In this document: piece by piece, positions 38,757 through 52,869 of the stretch
How the letters are laid out: each line of letters starts with the position of its first letter
Position numbering within the stretch: the stretch's first letter is position 1
Source: Bispira polyomma
Lineage: Eukaryota
Length of the DNA stretch: 64,000 bases
NCBI GenBank assembly: GCA_965649765.1
Contig: OZ287750.1
Span: forward strand, 55,180,001-55,244,000
Reading direction: 5' to 3'
Notes under the pieces: generated by a model
The model's database searches: none
Seen by the model: the letters and a program-made list of their open reading frames with translations, nothing else
Told to the model about the DNA's origin: nothing
Position numbers and translations under genes: made by a program

Positions 38757-41700
38757 CTAAAAATAAACAAAACAGCATTTTTATATGGGAAAGTAATTTT
38801 GTCATATATAGATATGTACAATGTAAGTAATATATTAAGTTGATTAACATAATGACAAAGTTTGTATTAACATCAGTTCTAAATTGTATGTTTAGCAACA
38901 TAAGTAACAGTAATGTAATAATATAGCATGATATACCATAAATCAATGTTTTAAAAGCTCTTATAATGGCATTTTTATTATGTTAAATTACACCTGATTT
39001 TGAAGGGCAACTGGTCAATTGTATTGTATTGGAGTGTATATGTTTGATGTGCTTTTTTGATGCAAATCATCATTGAAAGCACTACTTACTGGATCAATCA
39101 TGTGTCCTACATAGCCTGGGTTGTCATCAGTAGGCAATGGGTGTATTAACATATTTTCTGAAAGGTTATCCCACCAATGAACCTAGCAGCATTAGCCGGT
39201 GTGAAACAGGCAACCTTTCTGATCACCAGACCAACTACATCAACCGGGAGTCCAACTTTCTCACCACAACTATGCAACAGTAGACTCAATCTTATACTTA
39301 GATCTGCTCCCAAATGTAATGAATTATTATGACCCATGCCACTGCCAAATTTCACGGCAATCGCCTTAGTAGTTTCTATAATTTTACAAATGTAATGTCT
39401 TGTGATCCTGGTGATAATAGAAACATATAAAGACAATGACACGCCATAATAACAATATTGTCATCTTAAAGGGTTGTCGCCCATGGAGCCGAGGCGTTTA
39501 CTGCAAAGATATACCAAAAGGAATAGAAGCACCATCAAGGAGACAGTTGGGAGAACATTTTGCAATTACACAACATTTAATCCGCCTTGGTGGGGGAATT
39601 TAACAGGAGACAGCATCTGTTTAGAGTAATATACACATACACATTTTACAAAAATACAGCATTTAGGAAATATGCAATCTCCAATTTAGCAGTATAATTT
39701 CTACCATCTCATCGTCTTGTTGCCAAGGTAACTCTTTCGAATACATCACTTTGTTGCACACCTGTCACCACTTAGTACAAACACACACACACGCCTGCTC
39801 TAAATGATTCCACTTTATCCTAAATGACTCTTCACACAATAACTATCACTTGCAGCAGGCAAAGCTAGCCTTTCTAAGTCGGTTTCGTTATTTCCTAATA
39901 AAGATTACACTTACATAATTAATAAATATACCACAAAGTATTACATATTTAATTCAACAATCTAAATATAACACACTGGAGTACAAGACCCAGATCTTTC
40001 TATTTCCAACTTTTGTAAGTTTATTCACTTGTGTAATTGTAGACATTGACATTATTAATGATTCCAAAATCCCTCCACAAAACCATTGTGGATTGATCAT
40101 TTTGATACAGTGCTCCTAAGTTATGGAAAAGTTTACAACTGACACCAGGATGATTGAAGAACTTCTAAGTTTTAAATGTGCAATTAAAACAGTTTTGTTC
40201 AATGAAGCTTACAAATGGGTAATCTAATCTATTGTAATGTTTTAATGTCGCTTTCAGTTACTGGGTCTTATATCATGCTGTAGAGTTTACTGTTGGAGAA
40301 AAAACAACAGTTCAGGGTAATTGGTCAAGATTTCTGAACTGTAAACCATCAGATTCCAACCAACCACCTGCCAAGCCAGAATGAGTTTTTAATCTAAATA
40401 TTCTGTTGTAGAGACTTCATTCGAATACTCTGTTGTTAAGAGTGCATTTTAATACCCCACTTAAATGTTCTGTAATGACCCTATTCATAGTATTAAATAT
40501 CCCTTTGAGACAGTAGAACCTAATAAATTAGTACAACCTCTATTATCCGAAAGAAACATTTTCATTTTTCACTTTATCCGAACATGTTGGGAGAGCAAGT
40601 GTTTGTCTGGACATCTGAAGGTTTGTGACGTAGGCATTTAAATACAACGGAAACATGTTAGCAGTGGATTTTTAAAATTAGAGCAGGTTTTACATCACTT
40701 TTAACAGCTTAGATCATATCGCAAAGGTCAGATTTATCAGTGGAGGAAACCGGTGTTTTTCAACACTGTAAACCACAGGCCCATAACAATTTGCCCAGCA
40801 AAGTTGCCCACATGAAAGAAAGGACGGGATTCAAACCAACATTGGTCCCTATGGAAGCAGTAGAGAGCAAAAGTGTTGATATTCAGATAATAGTGTTATT
40901 CTAAGTTGCTATCGTGTTATTTGCTCTGTCTATACAAACCACATTTGATAACCGGTGTATTTTGTACAGATTTTAGTCTTTAACCTAAAAACAACATCTG
41001 CCAGTGGGGCCCAGATGCCAACAAATTTACCTCAGAATGCGGAGTTCGATCCCAACTCTAGATTTTCTAGTACAGGTAGGACGACCATTTAAAATGTTGG
41101 TCCTATGTGGCTTTGGACATAATGACAGACTAAAGAGCCTAAAGAGACGTTGATAAAAGATCATGGTCAAACTAATCTTTGATATAATCTAATGTGTTCG
41201 TGTAATAATTGTTATAGGCCCTTGTTGGTTGTGTTTGTACAGTCATAAAAAGGGTAAATTATAGATCTACATCCAAGAAAAAACAAACAAAGATGTACCT
41301 TGTTGAGTATAAATATTATTCTTTCAAAACTATAATCTATTTGGTGTTTCATTTTATTTCTGCTGTAAAGGTTAAGAGACTATCACTTATATTCACAGAT
41401 ACAGCATTTTGGGAAAACATTGTACCTTAATAGAAAAAGTCGTCTGCTTGAAAGAGAATATTGGTAATTATGACGGCAAAATGGGTTTTTCTGTTTTCTT
41501 CCACAGGAAGAGGATTTGTGTGGAGGCTATTGATTAACGGATGTGCATTGTATTCTGATTGGTCAATTCTGCCCCTAAAGCCCCCCTTCACTTCAAAGGA
41601 CTTTCTGATGTAATTACAATGTGAAAAATTGGTCCCTGGAAGGAAAAGAATGGATTAATAAAGTTATAAGATGACACAAAAGTCAAAGAGAGAAAGAGAA

Positions 41701-42202
41701 GCACCTCTGAAAGGCTACAAAAGAAAATCAAAGAGAAAGCCTAGAAAAGAGTAACAGTCTATGAAAGGCCAGTTTTGTCAACTCTCAACAGACTGCTTTT
41801 TAAAACGGGTTAATATTAAATTCAACTCCATGTTTTATTTCTATTAATTGGTTGTCTTGTTTTTCCCTGTCTTTTGGTTTGTTTTGTTGGTCAACAGTAT
41901 TACACAAAAGCTACTGAACTTAGTTTACATGGACACATTTGTGGCACGATGCATATTGAAGCTCAATGAAGAATCTATTAAATTGTCAATTGAAAACAAG
42001 GATAGAAAGGCAAGAAATCTACTTTTCACCCTTTTTACACTGTGGCTCCTTGGTGGAGGTGTGTGCTCTACTGTGAACTCTATTCTGTGTAATCATCTGC
42101 AACATTTAAATGTTACTTACATGGTATTCACAGAACACTAAAAGTATTTACTTATCTTATCTGTTTTACAAATAACTTAGGTATTGCTTATTATTAGAAT
42201 TA

Positions 42203-42366
42203 TACAGTAAAAGCTGCTCGAGAAGTCACCTCTACAGACAGACCACCTCTGTATAAAGACCACACTTTCATATTCCAAGACTAATGTTAAACAATAAGAC
42301 CACCTGTCAATAAACACCACTTGTGAGGTTACCTTGTGCAGTCTTTATATACAAGTTTCACTGTAT
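42203..42366. mobile_element. Tc1/pogo-type MITE
   Basis: TA|CAGTAAAAGCTG ... CAAGTTTCACTG|TA termini with internal AGACCAC repeats. Confidence 0.65.
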
Positions 42367-44394
42367 CTGGTAAATGAGAATACCATTTTTACTAAGATAT
42401 ATACTTGCAAACAAAAGAATTATATGCAATTACTGCATGCAATAATTTTAGTAAATATTTTTTCCAGTTTTCTGGCAACCTAATTATACTGAGTCTGTCA
42501 TACAACAAGTCTAAAGAGGCTTTGATGAGGCCGTAGTAACAAATTTGCGACTCCCTTTCTGCAGGTGTGGGTTTTAATCTCAGTCCAAGTATGTTTCTGA
42601 GAAATTTGACAGTGGACTTGTTGAAGTTCGGTGGTATACAGAGGAGGCCACCTTGACCAACTATCTGTCGCATGACACAGGATACGTTGAAATTGAGGTT
42701 AAATCCAAAGTACATCTGTCACTCGGGTGAATAATCTTTATATAGGTTGTGTCACTCATAAAGTAACCCTACATACATAGAGAAAAGTTTGATCCAGAGA
42801 TCATCAGATATACTATTTAAAATATTTCTATCTTTTACCACATCGGAAACACTCATCATCAGCAAATAGCAAAATATTTCATGTTAATAGTTTTAATAGC
42901 ATGTTATGTAAACCGGGCGACAAACCAACACACACAAACAACATATCGAATACAGGATGAGAAGTGGTGGTAAAGTGATTATTTGTTTTAAAACCTATAG
43001 CAGTATATACAGTTCTACATGGGCGAAATGTTCAACAAAATGCCTAAATGGAAACAGTTCAAAGATGTTTACACTATGGGGAGAATTTCACAAACCATTG
43101 ATCATATCTATATGAAAAGGTTATCCTACACGAATGAAAATATCAGTCATAATTTATTACTGAATTTTTTTTCTCAGAGAAATTATTTGTAATTGTGATT
43201 CCAAGAAACTACACCAGTCGATCGATCAAAAGGACATTGTTTATCCATAAAACTGTGCACTAAATAATTCAACTACAGAAGATTTTTTCAGCTAAAGTGA
43301 CAGTCTCAGTCTCATATTGAACCTACTCCCTGGCTTTTACAGGCCTGAAAAATTGTAACTGTATCCCTAGGTTCAAAGATTTAAAGGCTAATACATGGTT
43401 TCACCCAGTATCATCTCTACTAGCAATTAACTATTGCAGTTTAAGAAAGGCATGTAATAAATGACACAAGTATTATTGATCTCCCTTGTCAAAGGACCCC
43501 TTTAACTTAATGACAATCTGATTACAGACTCCAATCTGGACATAGAATACATATTAAAATCATTAAACTTATCACAGAAACTAGTTGACAACAAAACCAG
43601 TATTCATGTTATGACTTTGGTCCCCAATGACTTAGATGCTACATAGTCTGCGAGGGCTTATATTTAGGGCAGTTTTTCATGGTAAAATAACATCCTGCTG
43701 CAAATAGGTAAATGGGTAAATACTTTTCTAAAATATAGAGTACTAATTGTTAACAAAAGGGATCAATTTGTTCATGTGGACATCTTAGTGCAATATCCTT
43801 AGTTTTTGTGGTCAATTCAGTGCTGTGACATTCTTCATTTGGGTACAAACGTAGAGTCTGTTTTCTCACAATTCAGTTTTCTACAAGAAGCTGAAGCCCA
43901 AGCTCAAAGTCAATTTGAATACATACCAATCGTTTGAGTCCTTGCGTAAGATTCCAATCCACAATTGTGTGAACAACCACTTATAAGCTCAGGTTATATT
44001 TAACTTCTAGTTCTGAGATAGGTTGACCTATCTTTACCAAGAGTTTATATTTATCCACAAGACCACAATTCAACAATTCTTATTATTATCCTTTGTCTGT
44101 GCACCTACGCAATTTGCTATATCTATTTTTAGTTCAATTACCTATGCAATAAAAGGATACTCCTACAAAATTGATAATTAACCTCCTTCGTATTTAAACG
44201 AAACATTTACTCCACTGTAGATCTTAAATAACGGTTTGCTGGACAACTCCTTAGTGTCAACCACTAAAAAATATATCAATCACTCATCCTACTTTTTAGA
44301 TAATAGTTTGGTTTTAGATAAATATAAATTTTGTAAACACTAATACCTAGGTCTTATTTACATGAATGACTGCTACAAATTTTCACTGATTTGT

Positions 44395-44647
44395 ATTTTT
44401 TTTCAATTGGGATATTTAACGTCCACTCTAGTACCTGTTTAGGTTATATTGGGACGGGTGGTTGGAAACGCTGGAGGTGACACTGCATACAGTTGATCAA
44501 GGTTCTGCACTGAAACCAGCGGCCTACAGTAAGGAACTACCACCTTTCCCATAGGCATTGACAGGATTCTAACTCACGCTGTCCAGAGGTGAGAGACCAG
44601 TGATTGTGAAGCGCAATGCTTGCTAACCACTAGGCCACCGCGGCCCC
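44395..44647 (-). mobile_element. tRNA-derived SINE family 1
   Basis: TSD ACTGATTTGT. Confidence 0.9.
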
Positions 44648-44856
44648 AACTGATTTGTCGTAAACATACACCATGTGATGTCAGGGGGAAATCTACAGAC
44701 ATATAATATGGCAGGTTTTCCTTCATTTTTTTCCTGTAACATTTCTTTATCATATATAACTATCAAACTGGGAGACTCCAAAGTTCCTGATCATATGGTT
44801 GCTCACAATATTTTCTCATCTTTAAACTTGGTTTTATGACTTATTGTTTACCTTAC

Positions 44857-44926
44857 CTTGTCTGGTGAATCCACTGTATCCATATTGCTTAGTACCCTTC
44901 CTCCAGGAACTAATTACAGATCCCAT
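44857..44926 (-). CDS. Alternative start exon A (MGSVISSWRKGTKQYGYSGFTRQ) of the TIR-TMEM268-like gene
   Basis: aaaATGG start, CAAG|gtaagg donor, 70 nt = phase 1, matching the TIR exon acceptor. Full CDS would be 1650 nt = 549 aa + stop. Confidence 0.75.
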
Positions 44927-46205
44927 TTTAGCCGGGGTTTTTTTTATATTTAAGAGCTGGTGTAATCACAATTTGAGATTATCCAGAACATGCTTTTGAA
45001 GTTGTTATGATTTTGACTATCTGTATCAAATGTAATATGCCAATTAGACTTTCGATAAATATATCTAGCACTTTAAATAAAATTTCAGTGGACAGTTCTT
45101 ATCCACTTTATCATCAACACAGTAATGATGTGTCCTCCAGCTAGGTAAAAGCTCCCAGACCCTCAGCTCACACAATATCCCCATCACTCTTTCCTGTCCC
45201 CAACTACTAATGGTCTAAGCACATAAAAAATATCTACACAGAAAACACATACACCAAACAACATCTTGCTGCAGGCAATTGTAAGATCTTTGCAACAAAA
45301 ACAATGATGATTTTTTGCCACTTCAATCGGTTTCGCTGTGAGTAAGAACCCCTACTATGACTCCAGCTAGAAGCAGTCCTGGCTTTGGGTGAGCATTTAA
45401 TGACAGTCACAACAGTAATCTTTAATGAAGACAAACTATTACTACCAGTGGAACAGTACACATCAGGGAAACCGATGACATTTCTTTATAACTCTACACA
45501 TAAATCACGTTTGGAAATTCACAAAGTTTTTTTTTCTGTTTATGAACATTTTGCTGTTTTACTTTGTAATGCTTTCTTCACAATTAATCTTTTGGAGTTT
45601 TGTTTTTTTTGTGAAGAATCTTCGTGAGCAGAACAATAAGATTTTATAACTGTTTTTTATTACTCCTATGAATTGTTTCATATTTGTTGATGTTTAGTAA
45701 TCTGTTGTCATATATTCCAAAAAACAACAACAGTGTAGTTTTATTTTAATCTACATTTCTTTGTATGTCATTTGATATATATATATATAAATCAATCCTT
45801 ATTATCACAAAAACCTTTTAGCACTACCCCCCACTATTATACTGATCAACTCTTAAGCCTTTTATATTCCATATGATCTATGCCAGCCTTTTATATCATC
45901 TCCCGTGGCCTAGGTGTGTGTGATAAGTGGTGACAGGTGTGAACCAAAGTGATGAATTCGAAAGAGTTACCTTGGAAACCAGACCGTTTATTGTAGCAAT
46001 TCAACTGCTAAATTGGTGATTGCAGCTTTCCCTATGCTGTATATTTTGTGAAATGTATATGTGCATATCAATCTAAACATATCTTGTCACCTGTTCGTCA
46101 CCAGAATTACAAGACAGTATATTTATAAAATTATAGAAACTTTTGGCAGTGGCATAAAAATTCATTAAATTTGGTAGGAGATCCAATTCAAAAATTGGAG
46201 ATTAC

Positions 46206-46400
46206 TGTGGCCTAGTGTTAATTAGAAGGTTGGATTCCCGGTTGGGGAGTTGGTCTGGTGACCGGAAGGCCCTCATTTTGACTCCTGCTAACATTGCAAG
46301 GTTCTTTGGTGGGATAACATCCTTGGGCAAGATATGAACACATTATTGCCTTCTGATGAGGACCCGGGCTGTGTTATAAGGCACATGATTGATTTGGGTT
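46206..46400 (+). mobile_element. Older SINE family 2 (other copies ~37680-37770 -, ~39100-39285 -, ~52420-52590 -, ~57655-57860 +, ~60575-60730 -)
   Basis: GTGGCCTAGTG head, GGAGTTGGTCTGGTGA and GGATAACATCCTTGGGCAAG blocks recur in diverged form. Confidence 0.7.
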
Positions 46401-46770
46401 TTGCTCTTTTGAAAGATACGAGAGCATCATTAAAGCACGATTAAAAGGTATAATATAATATAATATAGATGTGTCCCTGCCTTTCTATAGTTTACCACAG
46501 TAAACATCCTTTATGAGTAATATCCTTTATTTATAACAGGCCTGTGTATTTATAACATTATTTACAGCCCTGTTCACTACTACCTATTTTTCTAATTTTA
46601 TACATGTCTATTGTGTGTATTGAATCAATATATTGAACCGGTTTAACATAGCTCCGGTTTAATGCTTTCTGGTTTAATGTTTGTATATTTCTAACTTATT
46701 AGTATTGGTATAGTATTACAGGTATATATGTAACATTTCAATCTAAAGCATTGCTACCAATACCCTAACA

Positions 46771-46962
46771 GGGCCGCAGTGGCCTAGTGGTTAGCAAGCA
46801 TTGCGCTTCACAATCACTGGTGTCTCACGTCTGGGCAGCTTGAGTTTGAATTCAGTCGATGCCTATGTGGGAATCCAACTACCCATCCCAATATAACCTA
46901 AACAGGTACTAGAGTGGACGTTAAATAACCAAATTAAAATAAAAATTAAAAAAAACAAAAAA
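46771..46962 (+). mobile_element. tRNA-derived SINE family 1, internally deleted
   Basis: Head and tail are joined, with the central core missing. TSD ACCAATACCCTAAC. Confidence 0.88.
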
Positions 46963-48526
46963 ACCAATACCCTAACTGGGCTATAACTTAAAAAGGGCAT
47001 CATTAACTACATATGTATAAACTTTACTCTGATTAAACATCAGTTGTGTCTAGACTAGCTTGTTATGAAAGTTAGTCTGCTGCTGTGCGCTAAATTTTAT
47101 CATTGATGGTGTGTAATGTGTAAAAACCTAAAGGTTCTGTGTAAAAAAGTTATATACAAGGACTTCTCAATGATAATATCCTTGAAAACCCAGATATGTT
47201 TGTGTTTAAGGATGACCAATTGCACCCAGCACAGCTACCTTCATCTGGTATTTGGAACACTAATTTAGCTTTTCTTGATTGCAAATATATCAGTAACTGT
47301 GATTCGCAAAATTGAAGACAGAAGCTTGAGGTTGACCATTTGTCGACATGTATATAGCCTGCCAGTTGGGATTTGACCAAATGACAAAGAACTGCTATTT
47401 CAAGTATAATTCCCAGCCGCTGTGTATCTACATGTACTTGGTTGCCTCAAGCTGGGGGTGAACACATGCCCTATGTATTCAAATGCAAGTGTGTTGTCCA
47501 CTAGCTCCACACTCCTCGACCCCAAATACCCTTATCCAAAACCTCGGCCTTACATCATTACATTTTACTATCTTATTTAAATAAAATTGAGTTTATTAAT
47601 ATATGTTTTCCAAACAAACCTTATGTCTTTCAAATCTCACTCTCCAGCGACTGACTAAGTCATTAATGTTATAGAGAATCATGTGCCTTATGTATGCTGT
47701 TCCATTGGGCATTGTATTGTACCACTAGTTATTTAGCAATCTACGAACTAAGGAGACTTCAAGTAGAACTGTGTATCATGTGCTGTGTGACAAGTGATCA
47801 ACAATAACTGGTTGGACAAAAGGACAGGTCATTAATTAGACTGATCTGAGGCATATCAATGGGGGAAATAGCAAGACTTGGAATGGGAAACTGCTCAAGG
47901 TCATCTAATATTGATATTTTCAGTGTTGTAAATAACAGTTACATGTAGTGTAACTTACAAAGTCTAGTAATGACGTAAGAGTTAGTTACACCGTCACAAA
48001 AGGAAGCACAAATCCCCTAATTTGCTCATCTTAATGTACACAAATTGTGGGATTTCTACAATTTTGTGAATACACCATTTAACAAGTGGAAATAGAAACT
48101 GTAACCCTCTTTACTAAACTTACCCCCCAAAAAGATAGTAGTTGTTTAACTTGTTTGATGATATGAAATACAGATGTCAGTGATTCTGGATAAATAAACA
48201 GTTCACATGGTGTATGTCTCAGAAGATGTGTTTGTTTTTGATTATACACATTTGCCTATGTACAACCTCAAATAGGTTCCTGTCAACAATTAACAGTACA
48301 ACTTCACCAACAAGCAGTTTTGGTACCATAACAATTCCTAGAAGGAATCACCGGTTATACACCTTTCATTATTTGTCACCTACTGTCAAAAGTATTAGAC
48401 TTTAAGGTATAGCGGTTACTGGATGCTGGTTGGTTGTATGTTCACATTGAAAAATGAAAGCTTTGATCTCCAGGAAGCCCAAAGATACTGTTTGATAAAT
48501 AAACTGAAATTCATTCATTCAGGAAC

Positions 48527-48527
<1 letters not shown>

Positions 48528-48606
<79 letters not shown>
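48528..48606. repeat. (TA)n microsatellite
   Basis: Pure TA run of ~79 bp. Confidence 0.98.
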
Positions 48607-48608
<2 letters not shown>

Positions 48609-48759
48609 TGCTAATATCAGCTATTGACATGTTACACTGACATTTATAGTAGTTTCAAGTAAATAAAGCTAGAACCCCAACAATATATATTTAAGTACAT
48701 GCATGACAAGTAGAGAAAGAGGGTGAAGTGTATGCATTATGCCTAATTGGATCATTTAC

Positions 48760-48829
48760 CTTGGCTGGAACATCCATTATATTAATATTGCTTGTCACAC
48801 CTCTTCCGAGAACTAATTACAGATCCCAT
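48760..48829 (-). pseudogene. Alternative start exon B, disabled (MGSVISSRKRCDKQY*YNGCSSQ)
   Basis: Colinear 70-nt paralogue of exon A with CAAG|gtaaat donor. In-frame TAA at codon 16 (48782-48784). Confidence 0.7.
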
Positions 48830-51478
48830 GCTATCCGGATTTTACCATAAAGGGTTGTGGTTTACTAAATTTATGGTATTATGCATAATGTTATTTTTAG
48901 AATTTATTTGTCTGTCTGAACTGCAGTATGATTAAGAATTTTATAAACACATCATGCTCAGATACCAAATTCAGACACTTAGTTCACCCAATATCTTCAT
49001 CAATCCTTGCTGTGTTGCACCTACTGATGGTCTTGAAAGGCATCAACATATTTTTGCATTTTAAAATAATCTTGAGATGTATTATTGTCTTTAATTATCT
49101 GATATATGTTTGTTTGTACAGTTATAATTCACAAAGCAAAAAAAAAAAAAAAAAAATTATACCTGGTTATAGATATATCTACTTTTGAAATGTTTCTCGT
49201 AAGGAGCAGCTTGTGTTGACTTGTTCAGGCTCGTTTCGCGTTAGTTGCAATTAGTAAGCTGTTAGTGAACTTTTGTTGTATTTAGTGATGTATTAGTGGG
49301 TGTTCGGTATTGTTCATAATGTCTTCATTGCTCATTTGTGGGTTTTAGTGAAGGTATGTTTCATTTCTGCGGCACGGCTGGCTCAGTTTCATTTCAAACT
49401 CACTTCAGCTTTGTCTGGGGAGAATTTTTAAGAGATGAGGGGGGAAATATGGTAATGCTCGAACGCACGCAAGTTACAGAATAGATTGATAATGTCCACT
49501 CCCCTAAAGTGACATCAGTATATGAGTATGTATATGTGCAGCTTTTACCTGCCCTTTTGCTTTTATTATGCACGACTATCGTGCAAGAAATCAATAAATG
49601 GTTTCGGACACTTTCATAGAGTGCGCCCACATACAATAACTACCTGTAAATATACATATTATGGTATAGCTGTAAAATATAAACTGTAGATGTCGTCATT
49701 GCAAATACACCATTAGGACCGTACTTTAAATCCAGTATGGAAATAAAATCAATGATGAAATCAACAGTCCTTTAAGTTGCACCTAGTTGTTCCTAAATTA
49801 TTATCAGGCCACATTCCAATGACAGTAAAACATCGGATGACTTTAAATGGGGAAGTTCAAACTAATATATGACATTTGTATTTGAGTATGTATTTAAAAA
49901 TATTCAAACTTTACGTTGCACGTAAAACCTGAAGAGCTTTACAAGGCTTTTTGAAGTCCCATCGTATAGTAATAAAATAATTTGTTCTAAAATAATATAA
50001 AAATTACAAAAGGGCACCAGAAGAGGTAAATTTTTATATCTGTGAAAAAGTGTTCACATATTGAAAATATATCTGTAGCGTAAGCCAAAATATGGAGAAA
50101 GGGGGCAGTTAACAAAAAACTCACAAATCACTGATAGTCATAGCGATGTGCTGTTACAACAGCTTATGCTTGAAATTATCTGTGCTTAAATTATTGATTT
50201 ATTTTGTGACACATTTATCAAAAATAACTATTACATCAAAAGTGGTGATATTCACCAAGTTAAAGATTGGTGAAACTTCCAAGTATTAAGGTTTGTTTAA
50301 TATAAATATATATTTGTAAGATTGACTACAATTTAGTGTGACACATAGATGACTACAGTGTTTGTTATTCACATATTACCATCTGCTTTAAGAAGAGATG
50401 TACATTGTTACTTTACACTTTGTTATTTATAAAGCACCAAATTGATAAATGTTAATTCTTGGTGTAATAACTTGGTGTTAATTCTTCAAATGGCATAGTA
50501 CGTTACAAAGACAAAGTTATCAGCAAGAAAGTGCTGGAACACTATATACACATGTAAATAAATTAAAAGTAGGATGGACCATAAGGAACAGTGCAATTTA
50601 AAATGGTCACAGAGACTCAATATATAGCTGTAAATTTTCTTAATTGTCTCTCACCTATATGCACTTTCACAGATATTATCTGCCACATGTAGATATTTAT
50701 TGAACTTATACTACGTTCATCTGGAGTTCTGTCATTAGTGTCTTAATGAGAGGATAAAGCACAGCTTAGTTGTTAACTTTGTTATTCATTAAGCAATCTA
50801 CTCATTAATGAGGCTGTCAACGTTTCGTAATTGTATTTTGCATTTTTAAATTCACACTTATTATCTAGCTCTGTGTTAATATAATATTTTGCATTTTACC
50901 AATCTATAAGTCCAAAAACATAGCCAGGTCGTAAGGAAGAATGTGTGAGTGTGCAGGGGGGGGGGGGGGGGGGTAGTATAAAGAGATAGGGTTTCAGTTT
51001 TTCTCCTAGGTGGGTTTATAGAGGGAACAGAAAGTCTTTTTCCTCTCTCAAGGTTAATGAAGCAAAGACGAGTAGCAAGGTAGGAAGGCTGTTGTACTGC
51101 TGTTGGCTGAGCAGAGAAGACACCTTGTCATCTTGTGGCCAACAATGTCTGATCAGCAGTGCTTGGTTAGACAAGAGGGAAGGGTAATTAGTTAGACAGA
51201 TCTGAGGCATGTCACGGAGAAAAAAATCCTGTAATGAAGACATCAATTGATGTTTTATAGAACCTAAGCCTAATTTGTATGTAGAAAATGGTTCTAACCA
51301 CTGTATCTTACAAACTACATCTAAAAAACAGGAAAGTGGTACAGATAAAATAAACTAATTTTATTTATAGACTGTACTGAAGAAGGGTACATCTTCATAT
51401 AACCACTTCACACAGCTGATATATTTTATGTACGACAAATACATGAGCTGTTAATAATGAAGCCTTATTGTTGGTATT

Positions 51479-51733
51479 GGGACCGCAGTGGCCTAGTGGT
51501 TAGCAAGCATTGCGCTTCACAATCACTGGTCTCTCATCCTCTGAGTTTGAATCCCGTCGATGCCTATGTGGGAAAGGTGGTAGTTCCTTACTGTGGGTCG
51601 CTGGTTTCAGTGCAGAACCTTGACCGACTGTATGCAGTGTTTCCTCCAGCATTTCCAACTACCCGTCCCAATGTAACCTACTAAAGGGTATTAGAGTGGA
51701 CGTTAAATACCCAAATTCAAATCAAATTTCAAA
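51479..51733 (+). mobile_element. tRNA-derived SINE family 1 (present only in duplication copy 1)
   Basis: TSD-like TTATTGTTGGTATT / TTATCGTCGGTATT. Empty site at ~60027-60040. Confidence 0.9.
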
Positions 51734-52799
51734 TTATCGTCGGTATTAAATTGTACTAAAAATGGTATATGATTATAATGTGGTCTATAGTAATAGATAA
51801 AATTTTCACGAGTTGAACCCCTTGTTAGACCCCTAACCTTGTACTTGTGACCTCAACTATTTTTCTTGGTTTCCCACAAGGGTTCATTCTTGGTTAACAA
51901 CTATGAATAGTATATCTGTAATGAAATCATTGCTTTACAAAAATGTTTATTTATGTTGTTTGATATTATGTTACAGATTATTTGGCTAAATAGATAGATC
52001 ATGTGGTGTGCATTAGGAAATCTGTTTAAAGTTTATACAAATTACATGTACTTTGTATTAGGAAACTTCCTATTTAAGTATATGAAGAACATATAAAATA
52101 TGTTAGTGTGTTTTTTTTTTTTTTGTTAAATGAATAGCTCAAGTTGTGTATGTATCAGGAAATCTATTGAGATAAATTTCCCCAATAACCAGTCTAGATT
52201 GCATGGCAACTCTTTCAATGCGTCAGCTGTTGCAGACCTACCATCACTTATCACACACACCTGCAGCACAAAGTGCCAGGGCTGAATAGTTGTTATGGAT
52301 ACTGGTTGACTATTCTGTACGGTATTGTATATAATATTCCAACATGCTATATTGCTGCAAGCCTTCTTCTCAAGTGTAACAAACAAATCAATCAACCAAT
52401 TCATATGTCCTATATTATAGCATGGATCGTCATCAGTAGGCAATGGCATGTTCACATCGTGCCAAAGGATGTTATCCCACAAAAAAATGTTAGCAGGCCT
52501 TACGATCACCAGACCAACTCCCCCAACTAGGATTTGAAGCGGGGACCTTCTAATAACCGTATCAACTCCCTAACTATAGGAGACCACATGATATTACTAG
52601 TTTACTCTTTAAAATGGTAATTTTTGAATTTCCATGGCTATACCAAGAAAACACTACTCAGTGAATAAGTCAGTATAAATAGAAAGGGAATATGAATTCA
52701 GTAAATACCATCTATTGCCATGCAATTTTCACAATCAGTGTTGCTACAAATAGATGAAGGAGAGCCGTGGGATGTATTGTCCCTAATTGAGAGACTTAC

Positions 52800-52869
52800 C
52801 TTGCCTGGAGAATCCACTATATCCATATTGCTTGTCACACCTCCTCCTGGAACTAATTCCAGTTCCCAT
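52800..52869 (-). CDS. Alternative start exon C (MGTGISSRRRCDKQYGYSGFSRQ)
   Basis: agcATGG start with an upstream in-frame stop, consensus CAAG|gtaagt donor, 70 nt, phase 1. 59/70 nt identical to exon A. Confidence 0.72.

Noticed and set aside
38757-38946. Hydrophobic N-terminus of ORF 38104-38946 as a signal peptide or TM segment
   Set aside because: It is AT-rich intron sequence upstream of a strong acceptor at 38757/38758.
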